Source: Marsupella aquatica
Taxonomy: Eukaryota > Plantae > Marchantiophyta
Direction: 5' to 3'
Length of the DNA: 64,000 nucleotides
Assembly (NCBI GenBank): GCA_973895155.1
Contig: OZ316894.1
Coordinates: 24,736,709 to 24,800,708, forward strand
The notes under the pieces are model-generated. The model was not told where the DNA came from, did no database searches, and saw only the letters and a program-made list of their open reading frames with translations. This document shows, piece by piece, positions 26,519 through 38,642 of this stretch. A program made the position numbers and the translations under genes. Positions within the stretch are counted from its first letter, which is position 1. Each line of letters starts with the position of its first letter.

Positions 26519-26785
26519 GTGTGCCACCATTTCCATATCCCTGTGCCCAGAAAGTATTGTCGATAATCTTCATTTCCATATCCCTGTGCCCAGAAAGTAT
26601 TGTCTGATAATCTTTTTTCTGGGAATAATTTACATAATAAGCAAGTGAGTTTAGGAATTCACTTGTGTTAAGATACCAGGGTTACAAGAAGCATCTTGTA
26701 ATTCCTGTCAGGAAGAAGGGTTACCAGTGTGCCACCATTTCCACATCCCTGTGCCCAGAAAGTATTGTCTGATAATCTTTTTTCC
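26519..26785. repeat. Three local copies of CATTTCCA(T/C)ATCCCTGTGCCCAGAAAGTATTGTC
   Basis: Copies at about 26528, 26571 and 26736. Confidence 0.8.
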
Positions 26786-26974
26786 GGGCAGGTATTACGA
26801 ATGATAATGACTGTTTGGGATGGAATTCTAGTCTGAAATCTGTTCCCACAAAGCTCAGAAAACGTTCTCGGCTGCCACCAGTAACAGTCAGCATTTTCTC
26901 ACTTTCTAGTCGGTTACAGACTAGTAACCCCAAACCAATCAGTCATTACCTTGTACATAGCGGAGGGGTGCAGC

Positions 26975-27250
26975 TCGCGAGCTTGTGAGGCAGCTTGCAT
27001 TGGATAATTTGTACAGCTTGCAACTTGTAGCCTGATAATTCATAGCAGCTTGCAGCAATGAAGGGAGCACTTGGATAATTCTTACAGCTTGCAGCAATGA
27101 AGGGAGCACTTGGATAATTCTTACAGCTTGCAGCAATAGAGAGCTTGATAATTCTGAGCAGCTCGCAGCAATAGAGGGAGCAGCTTGCAGTAGAGGGGAT
27201 CACAGCAGAGTAGCAGAGGGGATCAGTAGCAGAGCTTGCAGCAATGGAGG
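26975..27250. repeat. Minisatellite with ~39-bp core AGCTTGCAGCAATGAAGGGAGCACTTGGATAATTCTTAC
   Basis: Two exact copies at 27047-27124 plus degenerate flanking copies. Confidence 0.85.
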
Positions 27251-27844
27251 CAAAGAATGTCGGGCCTTGGCAATGCAGCTAGCGACTATGGAGGGCCTAT
27301 GCAGGGATACACTAGGAATGTCGGGACCGGGGAGCAATGGGAGTGAAACGTCGGGCCTGGGCCTAACTCGTGGTGAGAAGGGCCCAAAATTGTTGGGGAG
27401 ACAACAAACAAGTTTCACCCTGTTTCTCGCCCTGAGTAGTGAAACTTTCGGTTAACTCTCCCAAGAATTTACGGGAAAGTCAAGACAAGTCCTGCTTAAT
27501 CATGCACATTATGTATGGGGTAATGGTCCTGCTATGAACCATTACTGTGTATATAAAGGTCAACCGTATGTAGACCTGCATATGCAAGGAGGCATACAGG
27601 AAACCCTATATTACCCAAAATGGTCCACCACAAGTCCATTGGCCAATGTTAAGGGCATTCCTCTCTCACAAACAGGCCACAAATGTTCTAGCACAGACAA
27701 TAGACAGGAATGTCTCAAAACAGTATAGTCACATTATGAGACTTTAAAGTGATGATGTGGCACATTTAGATTGGCCCAAATGCTCTTATAGTCAACCGAT
27801 GCCCTTAACAAATAACTATTATATCTTGTGTCTCTCTTTGACCT

Positions 27845-28179
27845 TTTTTTGGTTTGCCTTGAAAACCGAACGCAGGCCCATCCAAGCCTAGCCAAGAGAG
27901 GATTGCTCTAGAGCATGCAATTCTATGTAAGGTAGCCACAAGGGAACAATACCCGAGGATCGGACAGGGATCCAGACCAGGAAAGAGAGGATTAAACTAG
28001 AACCCCAAGCAGGCCAACCAAGGGCTGAGGGAATAATCTATACTAACACCACTACACTACACCCCACCCACAAACACATACACTCCATGCCCCCTTGCCT
28101 AACGTGTAAAGGAAGGATTGAACCTGGGACCTCTTGGTTCTAGGCTTATCTTCTGGCCAACTGACCAAAGCCAATTGGT
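27845..28179 (-). mobile_element. tRNA-derived SINE (~335 bp)
   Basis: On the minus strand: 5' A-box-like TGGTCAGTTGG (28167-28157), B box GGTTCAATCC (28124-28115), 3' oligo-A tail (T run 27844-27850). Flanked by near-identical TCTCTTTGACCT / TCTCTTTTTGACCT as a TSD. Confidence 0.75.
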
Positions 28180-28951
28180 TCTCTTTTTGACCTACTTGGT
28201 CTCCCAGGGTTCAGAGGGCTCGTAGTAGATTTTTCTCTTATTGGTGCCTCAAAGATGCAAAGAGAGCCACAGTGCCTTCGTTTGCTCGTGAGGCCGCTGA
28301 CCTGAGGCCTTTCTTGCTAACAATGCCGCGTGGGTCCCATGGATTATTTATTCTCCCGAGGTGCACTTGATGTTGGCTCGAATGTTTCTAATTGCTTCTT
28401 TTCTTTGCCCACCGCAAATCTCTCTCGGAGCTAGTTTTTTCCAATCCGGTTTAGTTCTATCCTGGTGGGCAACAGCAATGGCTGGAATTGACCCTGTACT
28501 GAAAGTACGGAAACCACCATTGCCGATCAGGGGCTAGAAGCTCGTTACTCATCCGGGGAAATGTACTTTTCTTAAGGTTTTGCTCGTACCAAAGTATCAG
28601 TGCTGAACCCCAGAGTACAATTGAGAAAGTACCTGTGTTCTCAGCAGCTACTACTGTATTGGTGGTGAATTTATTTGTCATACCCGTTCTCACACCTTGA
28701 CCCAGTTTTCTTTAGTGTATCGCCCGTGGCTTTCTCGCTTTTCGACAATTGTGCTGAGAGGCGCTTTTGATGACGTCATACATCAACAATCTTTCTATCC
28801 TTACAAAACGGCGCTCGTCAGAATGAAACCCACTTGTCAGAGCTCTGCTGTAAGCCGAGAGTCTAAAACAGACAGGACATGAGGAGAGCTCTCGTGTGCT
28901 GTTAGCTTCATCTTCTCGAATTTCTTTGATGAGTTGAAGTAGATAACACTC

Positions 28952-30777
28952 ATGTCTCTATCAATGCTAGTTCAACGATGGCGTTATGGCAACAACTTCA
29001 GCAGGATTCTAAGACCAAGCTCACCAGATCAGCCACCTCCTCTATGGATCCGCTGTACTCCCTGTAAGTTCAAATGCGTGGCTATTGTGCGCAACCCTGC
29101 TTTCGCCACCAGGACTGCTAAAGAGTTGCAGGACTCGTACGGTTGCCAGGGGCTGAGTTTTGTCGACGTAGGTGGCACGCCCGTCGCAGACCTCAAGCTC
29201 GAGAATGGAAGTAAGGCTCGTTTAGTGCTGCCTACAGCTCAGATTATTTCCTACAAAGCACATATGTGGCATGGAGGTGAAGAAGAATTGCTGCACACTG
29301 TACGTATTGGGACAGGGAAAGTTGCCTATGATTCTCTGCGCGGTGGAATTAATCTTCGCTTCTTTTATAGCCGGGATCCTCTGAGCTCTACATCACCGGC
29401 TTCCACAGAATGGAGAGTGGAAGCTGTGAGATGCGAACCTTCGAACTATGCACAGGTTAAAGCTCTTCCCTCTTAACCTATTGACGTTAACTCTTTTTAC
29501 TGTAGTGGTTGCATAGTTCGAGTTGTGCAGAGTCTCATTGTTTCGTAACACCGAAATGTCGAACTTTCTTAAAGCCACACGGAAAATGGTTGTTGACTGG
29601 TTGAGAGGGTTGGTGAGCTTCCGCGAACAATTGCAAAAGGCGAGCAGAATCCCAAATCACTCTAATTGCCTCCACACTTGTCGTTTCCTGTGTCTGTTTT
29701 CCTTCCTCGGACTTCTGATTGTATGAGTTATCTGACTTTATCTGCAGATAACGCTGAGCACGTCCTCAAATGCTGAAGTTGGGATAGAGGATGCGAGCCA
29801 AGGTTGTCTCCAGATCCGATACGTGGTAACGCTAACGGACGAGTCCTTGTCCTCAGCCGTGATTGTCACCAACGCTGGTGCACCGGCTGTGGACTTCAAG
29901 GGCTCTATTGTGAGCCACCTTGCAGTCAGCTCAATTCGAGGAGCGTTTGCACTCGGGTTGAACGGATGCAACTATTTGTCTACCCCGACGCAGCAATTTG
30001 AAGACCTTTCCGACACAACCAATTTTTTTCCTCCGATCTGGCGTTCTGAAACAAATGCTAGTCCTCTCTTGCCATCGACTTCTCCTGCATCACTTTCAGA
30101 AAGGACCATTTCTGTTCGAGAATTGGACCCCGGTTGCTGGGTAGTAGAAAAGGAGGACTACGCCCAAATGCCTGGTGGAGAGGCCAGACTATATCCTTCA
30201 CCACCTCCGAGTTTGACACTCTTGGACAGGGTAATAATTCCAGGCGCCCTGTTTGTTGCTCTCTGTATGAAGATAATTAAATGTTTCATCTCCCTTTCAA
30301 GTTACGGGAAAATAAATTCCTGAGAGCGTCAGAGGTTGGCTGAAATGTTCAGAAAGACTTTGACTACTCGAATGAAATCTCCGGAACCAGTTAAATGTTC
30401 TCTAGAAAACTGTTTGCAATTTTTCTGGAGTGTTTTTTTGGTATATTGAGACACTGCTGCCTCTATGATTCCATCTGGGTTGTGATGACAACGTTAGATG
30501 AGGAGCATTGTGAGCATTGTGCTGCTGCTGAATCTTCGGGTGCTCGGATGTAATATTGGAAGTTATTGGACTGTTTCAGGGTTTCAGAAGATCTCTGATT
30601 GTAGAGAGAGTAGGGTTTGAAGAGTTTTGGCTATCAAATCCTGGACCAGGCTCGAAGCTGCGGGACTGGGATGATTTCATCTGTCTGGGGCCAACGCAGA
30701 ATTCTCAATCGGTTGTGCTTCTGGAGAAGGAGGAGTGGAGGGCTGCCCAAATCCTTAGCAACCCTGGACATGGGTAG
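28952..30777 (+). CDS. NDF5: NDH-dependent cyclic electron flow 5 (NDF5; galactose mutarotase-like fold, PnsB2 paralog), ~394 aa, plastid
   Basis: Exons 28952-29455, 29748-30230, 30580-30777, both introns GT-AG phase 0. Motifs LENGSKARLVLP..IISYKAHMWHGG.EELLHT, F.GSIVSHL, LDRG.RRS..V.R.GFEE, WRAAQILSNP. The MWHGG motif favours NDF5 over PnsB2. Confidence 0.85.
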
Positions 30778-31250
30778 GTGGGTTGGGTTTCTGTGCAGAT
30801 CTGCTGACATAAACTTGTGCAACAGTAGAGACCTACAATTTTTTTCCAACCCTGGATACGCTTAGGTGAAGTGGGGCGGCTCTGCAAATCTACTGCCATA
30901 AACTGTGCAATAGTGGAGGCCTACAATTTTTTTCCAACCCTGGATACGCGTAGGTGAAGTGGGGCTGTTCTGCAAATCTACTGCCATAAACTGGCAATTG
31001 TGGAGACCCACAAGTTTTTGCAACCCTGGATATGATCAGATGAACTGGTGTCGCTCTGCAGATCTACTGCCATAAACTGTACAATTTTGGAGACTACAAA
31101 TTTCTGCAACCCTGGATATGATACGATGAATTGGGGTTGCTCTGCACACATAAATTGTGCAATTGTGGAGATCCACAAATATTCTGCAACCCTGGATGTG
31201 ATAAGGTGAAGTGGGGTCGCTCTGCAGTTCTACAAACATTAATTGTGTAC
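30733..31250. repeat. Six tandem 80-88 bp units, the first overlapping the NDF5 stop codon
   Basis: CAACCCTGGA at 30759, 30847, 30935, 31021, 31107 and 31187. Confidence 0.9.
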
Positions 31251-31630
31251 AAATTTGGTCGCACTTGAGTTCGTAGATCGTGTTCTTTGGAGCCCCAGAT
31301 AGGTCTAGTAATGTAGGAGATCAGACTAGTCGTTCATGAGTTCCATGGGAGAAAAGTGAGGTATGGTGTTCGGCCGCTGTCTTTCTATTGACATTACATT
31401 TCGGTATGAATATCCGCTTACTAGAGAAAGGTGAAGAAGCGAATGCCATAATCATGTCACTATTCAAAAGTGTACTTTGGAACAAGGATCACCAATGGAA
31501 AATTCCCAATCCATAGAATTGGAAGAATCAGTATTGCTTATTATCCCGAAAAGCTCAAACCAACTATATGAGGGCGATCTAATGCTACTCTTCAAGGCCT
31601 TTGGTCTAGAGTGAACCCTCTAGACCCTGA

Positions 31631-31908
31631 CATTGGGGGTGAAACTGAAATTGGGGGTGCAGGTAATGGGGATTGAGGGCAAGGTGAATCTGAAAATTGC
31701 CACTAGGAACCAATTGCCAACTGAGTGAATGGGCGGCTGGCTTGAATGCACTCATCTTTATTTACATCATTGGGGGTGAAACTGAAATTGGGGGTGCAGG
31801 TGGGAAATGGGGACTGAGGGCAAGGTGCATCTGGAAATGGCCTCTAGAAATCAAGTGCCAACTGAGTGAATGTGCAACGGGCTTGAATGCACTCATCTCT
31901 ATTTACAT
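31631..31908. repeat. Tandem duplication of a 137-bp unit
   Basis: CATTGGGGGTGAAACTGAAATTGGGGGTGCAGGT... at 31631 and 31768. Confidence 0.88.
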
Positions 31909-33573
31909 TCAAAGACGGACAATCAGGCTAGTAGATACTACCTGGCATAAAATATTTGAAGCATTTGAAACCAGGCGTGGTCTGATGTTCAAGAAATTGT
32001 GCAGTCAATGAAATACAAGACAGCAATGAGATTTAGACTTTTTGGTTGTAGCTTAGGACATTCCAGAGTCTCGTGCATGTTTTGGGTGCAAAGTTAGACT
32101 ACTATGGTTGAGTATGTGAAGAGCGAGATTCAAAGATTTGGATTCAATTTGTTTTTGTGCTGGGATTCCAATAGTAGTGCAGAATTCCATTGATTCCTAA
32201 CTTTGGGGAACATCCAGCCCCCATATACATGAAACTTTGATGACATGGTTTTAGAGTAGACAAGCTTTATTTACTCACAAAGAGCAGTTTGAAATCCAGT
32301 TGTTCAAAGATTTGAATGGACATCCCATCTGAGTTTATGGTTAAACTTATTTGTTCAAAGAGCATTTTGAGATCATCTGTTCAAATGTTTGAATGGAGAT
32401 CCTATCCCATTTGAGTCATGACTCAACTGACTATTCCACATTTTTGTTGTTTGGTGGGGGAACAAGGGAAGGAGTAATAATGCCACTTTTATGTGCAAGA
32501 TTGTTTGATGACAAGTCCACATTGCAAACGAAAAGCAGAGAAAGTAAGGAAACCTTTCTAGTGTCCCCAGAGGTCATGACTTGCGTGCACTTTTTGCAAA
32601 AGTGTTAAAAAAAACTATACGCAAATTTGCTTAACCAGGAGTGAGAGGTGGCTTTTTCTGGCAAAACCTGCCATGAAATGAAGAAGCATCACAAAAGAAA
32701 AGATTTGCATGAAAACCTTGTCAACAACCAAATCTATCTAGGATTTTTTTTCAAAAACACTGACCAGTCGCTCTTTCACATAACCTGGCATGAAATGACG
32801 AAGGCAGCACCAAATAAAACATTTGAGTGAAAAAAATTTCAGGTACCAAATCCACAGAGGATTGATTTTCAAAAATATGCACCATGAAATGAAAAAAGAA
32901 ACACAAAAGAGAAGATTTGAGTGGAAAAACTTTTTCAGCAACCAAATCTGTGGAGAATCTTTTTTCAAAATGATGCACCGACACATACAATAGTGTTGAG
33001 TTTATGCGTAGATCCATTTAGGGCATTTCAAAGCTTCAAAATTGTGGATGATGGCATTCAGCCATAAGCCAATGGTCATAACTTTTATCAGGGTTCTGTA
33101 ATTTTATTTTTGTTTTTTCTGTCACCAGCCTCTCCAGTGACCAATGGTTATGGCATTGGACCCATCATTATGGTAAAAGTTATGTACTATGAATTTTATA
33201 ATCAGTAACTTTTTGTGCTTTTTTGTGTCCATAACCAAAAACTAGTGACTTGAGGTCATCCAATTGTCCTTTGAGAGACCCTATTGTACGGAAAAGCCTT
33301 CCCAGTCTAGAGTAGTGACTCTAGTTGACACTGTAGTTTTGTTACTCGCGGGTAGGCCAGTTTGAACCCGTGATTACAGCTGAGGCTTGCTTACACCCGT
33401 GATTACATTGTAAGTCCCTTCCATTCGACAGTCATGGTAGTTGGCGCAAAGTAAGTTCTCGATGATTGACTAAAAGCTTCGATTTCATGGAGAGATCGAT
33501 TTCTGGTTCCCCTGCGATCAAATTGGTCCGAGGATCTTACGCACAATTCAGATTCATCAGTCAAGCGAAAGAG

Positions 33574-35762
33574 ATGGCGCGTCGGCTCTTCGTGGTCATC
33601 GCGGTGGCCTGTGTAGCCCTGTTCCTCTTCGTCTCAGGCATGTTGATTTTTCCTTTGCTTGTGATTCTGTTGTTTCACCGGAAAAGATTTCCGTTCTGTC
33701 TACTCCTTTTCTTTCATTCGATGAAAACCTATCCGAACGCAATAGTTTCTCTCCGGATGGTTCCATAGAATTCGATGATTACCCTCCGATGGTTTCTGTT
33801 ATTCTTCCCTTATCATCCGCTTCTCGAAACTCTCGGTGTCATCGGTCAACTTGTTTTAGGTTTGTATTGGCCCCAGAATGATCTTAAAATGTTGGCTCTA
33901 GATCGTCGTCATTTCTCACGCTGGAGTTCGAAAGCTTTGTGACTGAGTTGCACTGGTGACCGTTAGCTGTTAAATCGATTCAATCTATGGCCTTCCTGTG
34001 TGTGCAATTTAAGACTCGAAAGGTTTGCTGTTGTGATTCGTGCAGTCACTGCCAAGGAGGAGAAGGATGTCTCGGAGCTGCAGATTGGTGTGAAGGTCGG
34101 AATTCCAGATCTCGGCTGATGTGTTTGCCGATGGAGTATGTGTTGTCTTTGCATAGTCGACGGTGGACTAATTTGACGTGGTTTGCGTTTGCAGTTTAAG
34201 CCGAAGGCTTGTGAGATAAAAGCACACAAGGGGGACAAAGTGAAAGTTCATTATCGGGTGAGGTTTCGTTTTTGAGTTTATAGCTCCAAGATCGTTGATG
34301 GCGTTTTCTACTGTTGTTTCATTTGTAGCTAGGTCGGTTTCAAGTTGGAGAAACCCTTTTTACTCTTTGCAGTCCTAGACCTATCAAAAAAGTAATATGA
34401 GTATCACTTTCACCGAAGCCTAGTCTTTGTTGGGATCTCTGGTTTGCTACGCGTTCATGAACAAGATTTCGACCAAAAGAGCAGACCCTTCAATTGAAAA
34501 CTAATATTGACAACACCATGGATATTATAACACCCATTTTGAGTGTTCTCGGAGGTTACTTGTGACAATAGTATTAGCAGAACCTGTGTGTTGCTGTGGC
34601 TAAAAGTTGATAGGGCAGTCTGTGTGCCATAGGCCGCCACAGCAGAAATTGTCTTCATCAGATTCTGCCTGGCGGAAGACACTTTCTTCTCGACGCCCTG
34701 AAATAATGTCCTTCCCTTTACTTTGGTTGCACAGGGGGCACTTACAGATGCGAGTGTTTTTGATGCAAGTTATGATAGGGGTGAACCCATTGAATTCACA
34801 CTTGGTACTGGCCAAGTCATAAAAGGTCAGTCTTTTTACTAGTCAGTTGACCTTCTTGCCACTGGATGGACAGGGTAAATTAGTCGATGGCACAGAATTT
34901 GACTCCAGTGTTGGAAGGGGAGTACCTTTTGATTTCACGCTAGGTCAAGGTGCAGTAATCAAAGGTATGTGTTTGTCAAGGTGCATGAAGTTGTGGTGCT
35001 AATTATGACGATTATACGTCGAACCATGTTTTGTTTGATGGAATCGCGCATCGGAAACGAACTTTCTATGTTTCTATTAAAAAAATCATGTCAGCTACAC
35101 AGCCGAACAACTGTACTCTACCTGCCTTCTAAAGCGGTGGCTGCAAACTGAGAGTTCTGTTGCTTCTGATGCTTTCACAATTCAGTCATTCACACCGCTT
35201 TGCAGTCAGTAAATGGGGCCTTGGTTGGCAGTCTACGCTCGGAAATCCATTATCATGTACAAGCGACTTTGTCTGCTTTGCTGTCTATTTCATTAATAGT
35301 GCAAGTTGCACCTTGTCTAGCTTCGGTGTCATTATATTGTGCAGGTTAAATATCTTTAAGATGCTAACCGGGTGTGATCTATCAGGTTGGGATCAAGGTC
35401 TACTTGGTGCTTGCCTAGGAGAAAAACGCAAACTGAAGATTCCTTCCAAGCTTGGCTATGGGCCAGGAGGATCTCCTCCCAAGATTCCAGGTAATTTTTT
35501 TAATTTATGGAGGTTTCTGCAGGGCCGCATTATCGTTGTCATGTATTCATTCATACCTGCAGTTGAACAATATGAACCAAGTGTCACTTCATATGACCGC
35601 TATGCACAAGCAATACCTTGGCTTGGTATCACAGCAATTCTAATGAACGTTGCGACCATTTTTGGGTTGTCATTAAATGCAGGTGGTGCTACGCTCATTT
35701 TTGACACAGAACTCGTTGGCATAAATGGAAAAATGTACACTGAAGATCATAGTGAGCTCTAA
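33574..35762 (+). CDS. FKBP15: ER-luminal FKBP-type peptidyl-prolyl isomerase (FKBP15-like), 150 aa, with two alternative copies of exon 4
   Basis: Exons 33574-33637 (signal peptide; GC donor), 34046-34095, 34195-34257, [34735-34825 or 34874-34964], 35386-35490, 35683-35762. Motifs [58 protein letters not shown]-terminal HSEL is ER-retention-like. Confidence 0.93.
34735..34825 (+). CDS. FKBP15: FKBP15 exon 4A ([30 protein letters not shown])
   Basis: ACAG| acceptor with an upstream pyrimidine tract, 91 nt, G|GTCAG donor, phase 0 to 1. Confidence 0.88.
34874..34964 (+). CDS. FKBP15: FKBP15 exon 4B ([30 protein letters not shown])
   Basis: ACAG| acceptor, 91 nt, G|GTATGT donor, phase 0 to 1. 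Paralog of exon 4A. Confidence 0.85.
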
Positions 35763-37032
35763 GGTTCGCACCTCTTTGCCGAACTGGGGGGCCTCACAAG
35801 ATTTACTCAGCAAGTCCTTATGTCTTGTAAGGGATCCACCATATGGAGAGGATGGTGAACATGTCAGTAAAATGTGAGAGTTTCAGTGTTTCAGACAACT
35901 CCTATGTTGGTGCAAAGATCGTCGTTATGGCAGGCCGCTTGAATTAATGGCAATGGGATGGTCTCGGAATTGATTCACCAAGGTGGGATGCGATGTTGTT
36001 CGTTGTAATTTAATTCAAAGACTGCCTGCGCTTTACCATCAGCTTTCTCTGTACACAAAGGCTGGATCACCCTGCCCTACATTGTCTAGTGAACATATTC
36101 CTTCGGGGCATGGGAGTCTCCCTTGTGGGCACAGATTGGCTTGGTGATCAATTGTCCCATGCTTGGCAACATTGTGCTTGTTGAGTTCTTTGACTGTGAA
36201 ATGATTGCAACATAGTGTGTAGTAGAAACTGATTTACTGGGCATCTTCAAGTGTCGGCATCTAATAGATAATTATGAGTGATACTACAAAGGTTGGGTTG
36301 TAGCGAAGCTATATCGTTGTTTGGTTGTTCCTGCCGGCTGGCAGACCCAGCTCGTATCACCAAAGGCTGGTTTTTTTAGACATAACTGACAGAAGGATGA
36401 GAAATATCTTTGCAAGATATGCCAGGCATACAGAGATACCACAACAAATTTCCTGTCTTGCACAGCAGATCACAGGTGACGGCACAAAGTAATAGCTTTA
36501 GTTCATATTATGGTACGATGAGAGATTTTCTCTGAAGGGCAGCTACATCCTCTCAACAACGAATTTCCCATCAAGCTTGTGACACTGAGCTAAAGCAAGA
36601 TATTGGTTGTAAAAGTGTCGTCTGTTCAATGAAGTCTCTCCTTTGGAAATGTCAGATTGAAAGCAAATGCGATGTTCATTAGCAGAACGGGGACATTTCA
36701 GTTGACATGAAGTTCAGGCAATGGCGGTTATAGTTGCAGCTTATCTTGTCGGTTTCCATTCCACCTAGGAATGGTCGAGATGTGTGCAGGGGATTGAGTC
36801 CATCCCAGTCTTCATCTTCTTCTAGAAAGAGACCTAGATCTTTGAGAACCCAGCCTATCCAATCCTACTGGAGCCTCCAAATTGCTCGTTCTAGTGGGTT
36901 GTGATGAAGTCAAAATACATTGGAAACCAGTTTAGAAGCTCCTTGAAATGCTCCTAAAACTTGTACTGGCAATATCCTTCGTCGGACTTGGGTTGAGGGT
37001 GAAGCTTAAAGTGTCATTGTCCCTCATCAGAT

Positions 37033-37160
37033 TTGGATCCACCAGGTTGCATCATTTATAGGACATTTGTTCTGAAATCATGGTGGTTGGCAGACTAGTG
37101 GAGGGTAGCTTGGATCCACCAGGTTGCACCATTTCTAAGAGATTTGTCCTGAAATCATGG
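37033..37160. repeat. Direct duplication of ~50 bp
   Basis: TTGGATCCACCAGGTTGCA.CATTT.TA.GA.ATTTGT.CTGAAATCATGG occurs twice. Confidence 0.8.
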
Positions 37161-37656
37161 AGGAGGATCATTGAAATGTGATGACAGGACCTTCTCCTGG
37201 TTTGCACACCTCAATGGCTAGCAGTCCTACCCTCCACAAGCTAGCCAGATATCGCCCACCAAACTGTTAGACAACTCACATTTGCTCTAGCAAGTGCACT
37301 TGGCCACCAAAATTGATTGACAATTGCAACTTAGCCTTCTCAAGTTTGTACTAGCAAGTGCACTCCGTATACTCACTACTAGCAAATTTTGGTGATTGTA
37401 AAAAGTGAGGAAACCCATAGGACCTTCACTAATACAGACGTATGGGCGTCAAAGCTCTTTGGTGTGCTCCCAATTCAGAGCTCTTTGGTGAGTAAAAAAG
37501 GTGAGCAAATTCATAGGACTCCTCACTAAACTACAGATGCAGGGGCGTCAGAGCTGTTTGGTGTGCTCCGGTGGGAGTGTTCTTACTAAAGTATGGTTCC
37601 CTCTGCCTGCAAAATAACCATCGATGGTCAGCACCGTTACCAGACAGCAACGGCGC

Positions 37657-38271
37657 TGTCGTACCGGGTAGTGACTGGACTAACTAAGCCTACGAAAGTT
37701 GACCCGTATATTACCACATTTTGATGTGTGATTATCGGCAGGGCAGAATATGGACTATCATAACTATGTCGGGCCCTTTTGTGATAGTTGTACCATGATC
37801 ACCCCTTCGATAAGCTTCAAGATCCCCTGTCGGTAATAACACATCAAAATGTGGTAATATACAGTGTGCACTCATTGATTTAAAGACAATAACAAAGTTT
37901 ATCATGGTATGGAGGAATTAATGTCGTACATCATATATGTCATATTTTGATGTGCAGTTACCGATATGTGTCGTACCGGATACTGACTGGACTAACTAAG
38001 CCTACGAAAGTTGACCCGTATATTACCACATTTTGATGTGTGATTACCGACAGGGCAGAATATGGACTATCATAACTATGTCGGGCCCTTTTGTGATAGT
38101 TGTACCATGATCACCCCTTTGATAAGCTTCAAGATCCCCTGCCAGTAATAACACATCAAAATATGGTAATATATGGTGTGCACCATTGATTTAAAGACAA
38201 TAACAAGGTTTATAATGGTATGGAGGAATTTCGTACATCAGATATGTCATATTTTGATGTGCAGTTACCGA
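37657..38271. repeat. Two tandem 312-bp units, each with a long internal inverted repeat
   Basis: Units start TGTCGTACCGG at 37657 and 37969. Stems span 37706-37862 and 38018-38174. Confidence 0.92.
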
Positions 38272-38455
38272 GACCCCATACTTTTCCGGGATGCCATTCC
38301 CACCAATCAATGAGTACTATTAATCCAGAACGTTGAAGTTCTCGATTGATGGATAAGATTCGATGAGTAAGAGGGAAAATTCTGCTGGGCCTGGACTCCC
38401 AGTTGTCAGTTGCACCAGGAGTCATGTCTGGTCTGATAGGTAGTACCTACTGATG

Positions 38456-38642
38456 GTACTACTTAAACCACAACTGCCCTTCAAAAGCTACGGGTTACCC
38501 GTAGTTACCATTAAAAGGAGATTTTTCCTGAAATTGTGGAGTAAACTGACATGCTAGGGAGAACAATTATTGAAATGTGGAAAAAGGGGGAAATCTTGGA
38601 CCCTTTCCCTTCTATAGGGGAAGTTGTGGTTTAAGGTAGTAC
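38456..38642. mobile_element. MITE with ~20-bp terminal inverted repeats
   Basis: GTACTACTTAAACCACAACT ... AGTTGTGGTTTAAGGTAGTAC. Confidence 0.65.

Noticed and set aside
35160-35762. 200-aa ORF as a separate gene
   Set aside because: It is read-through of FKBP15 introns in frame with exons 5 and 6.
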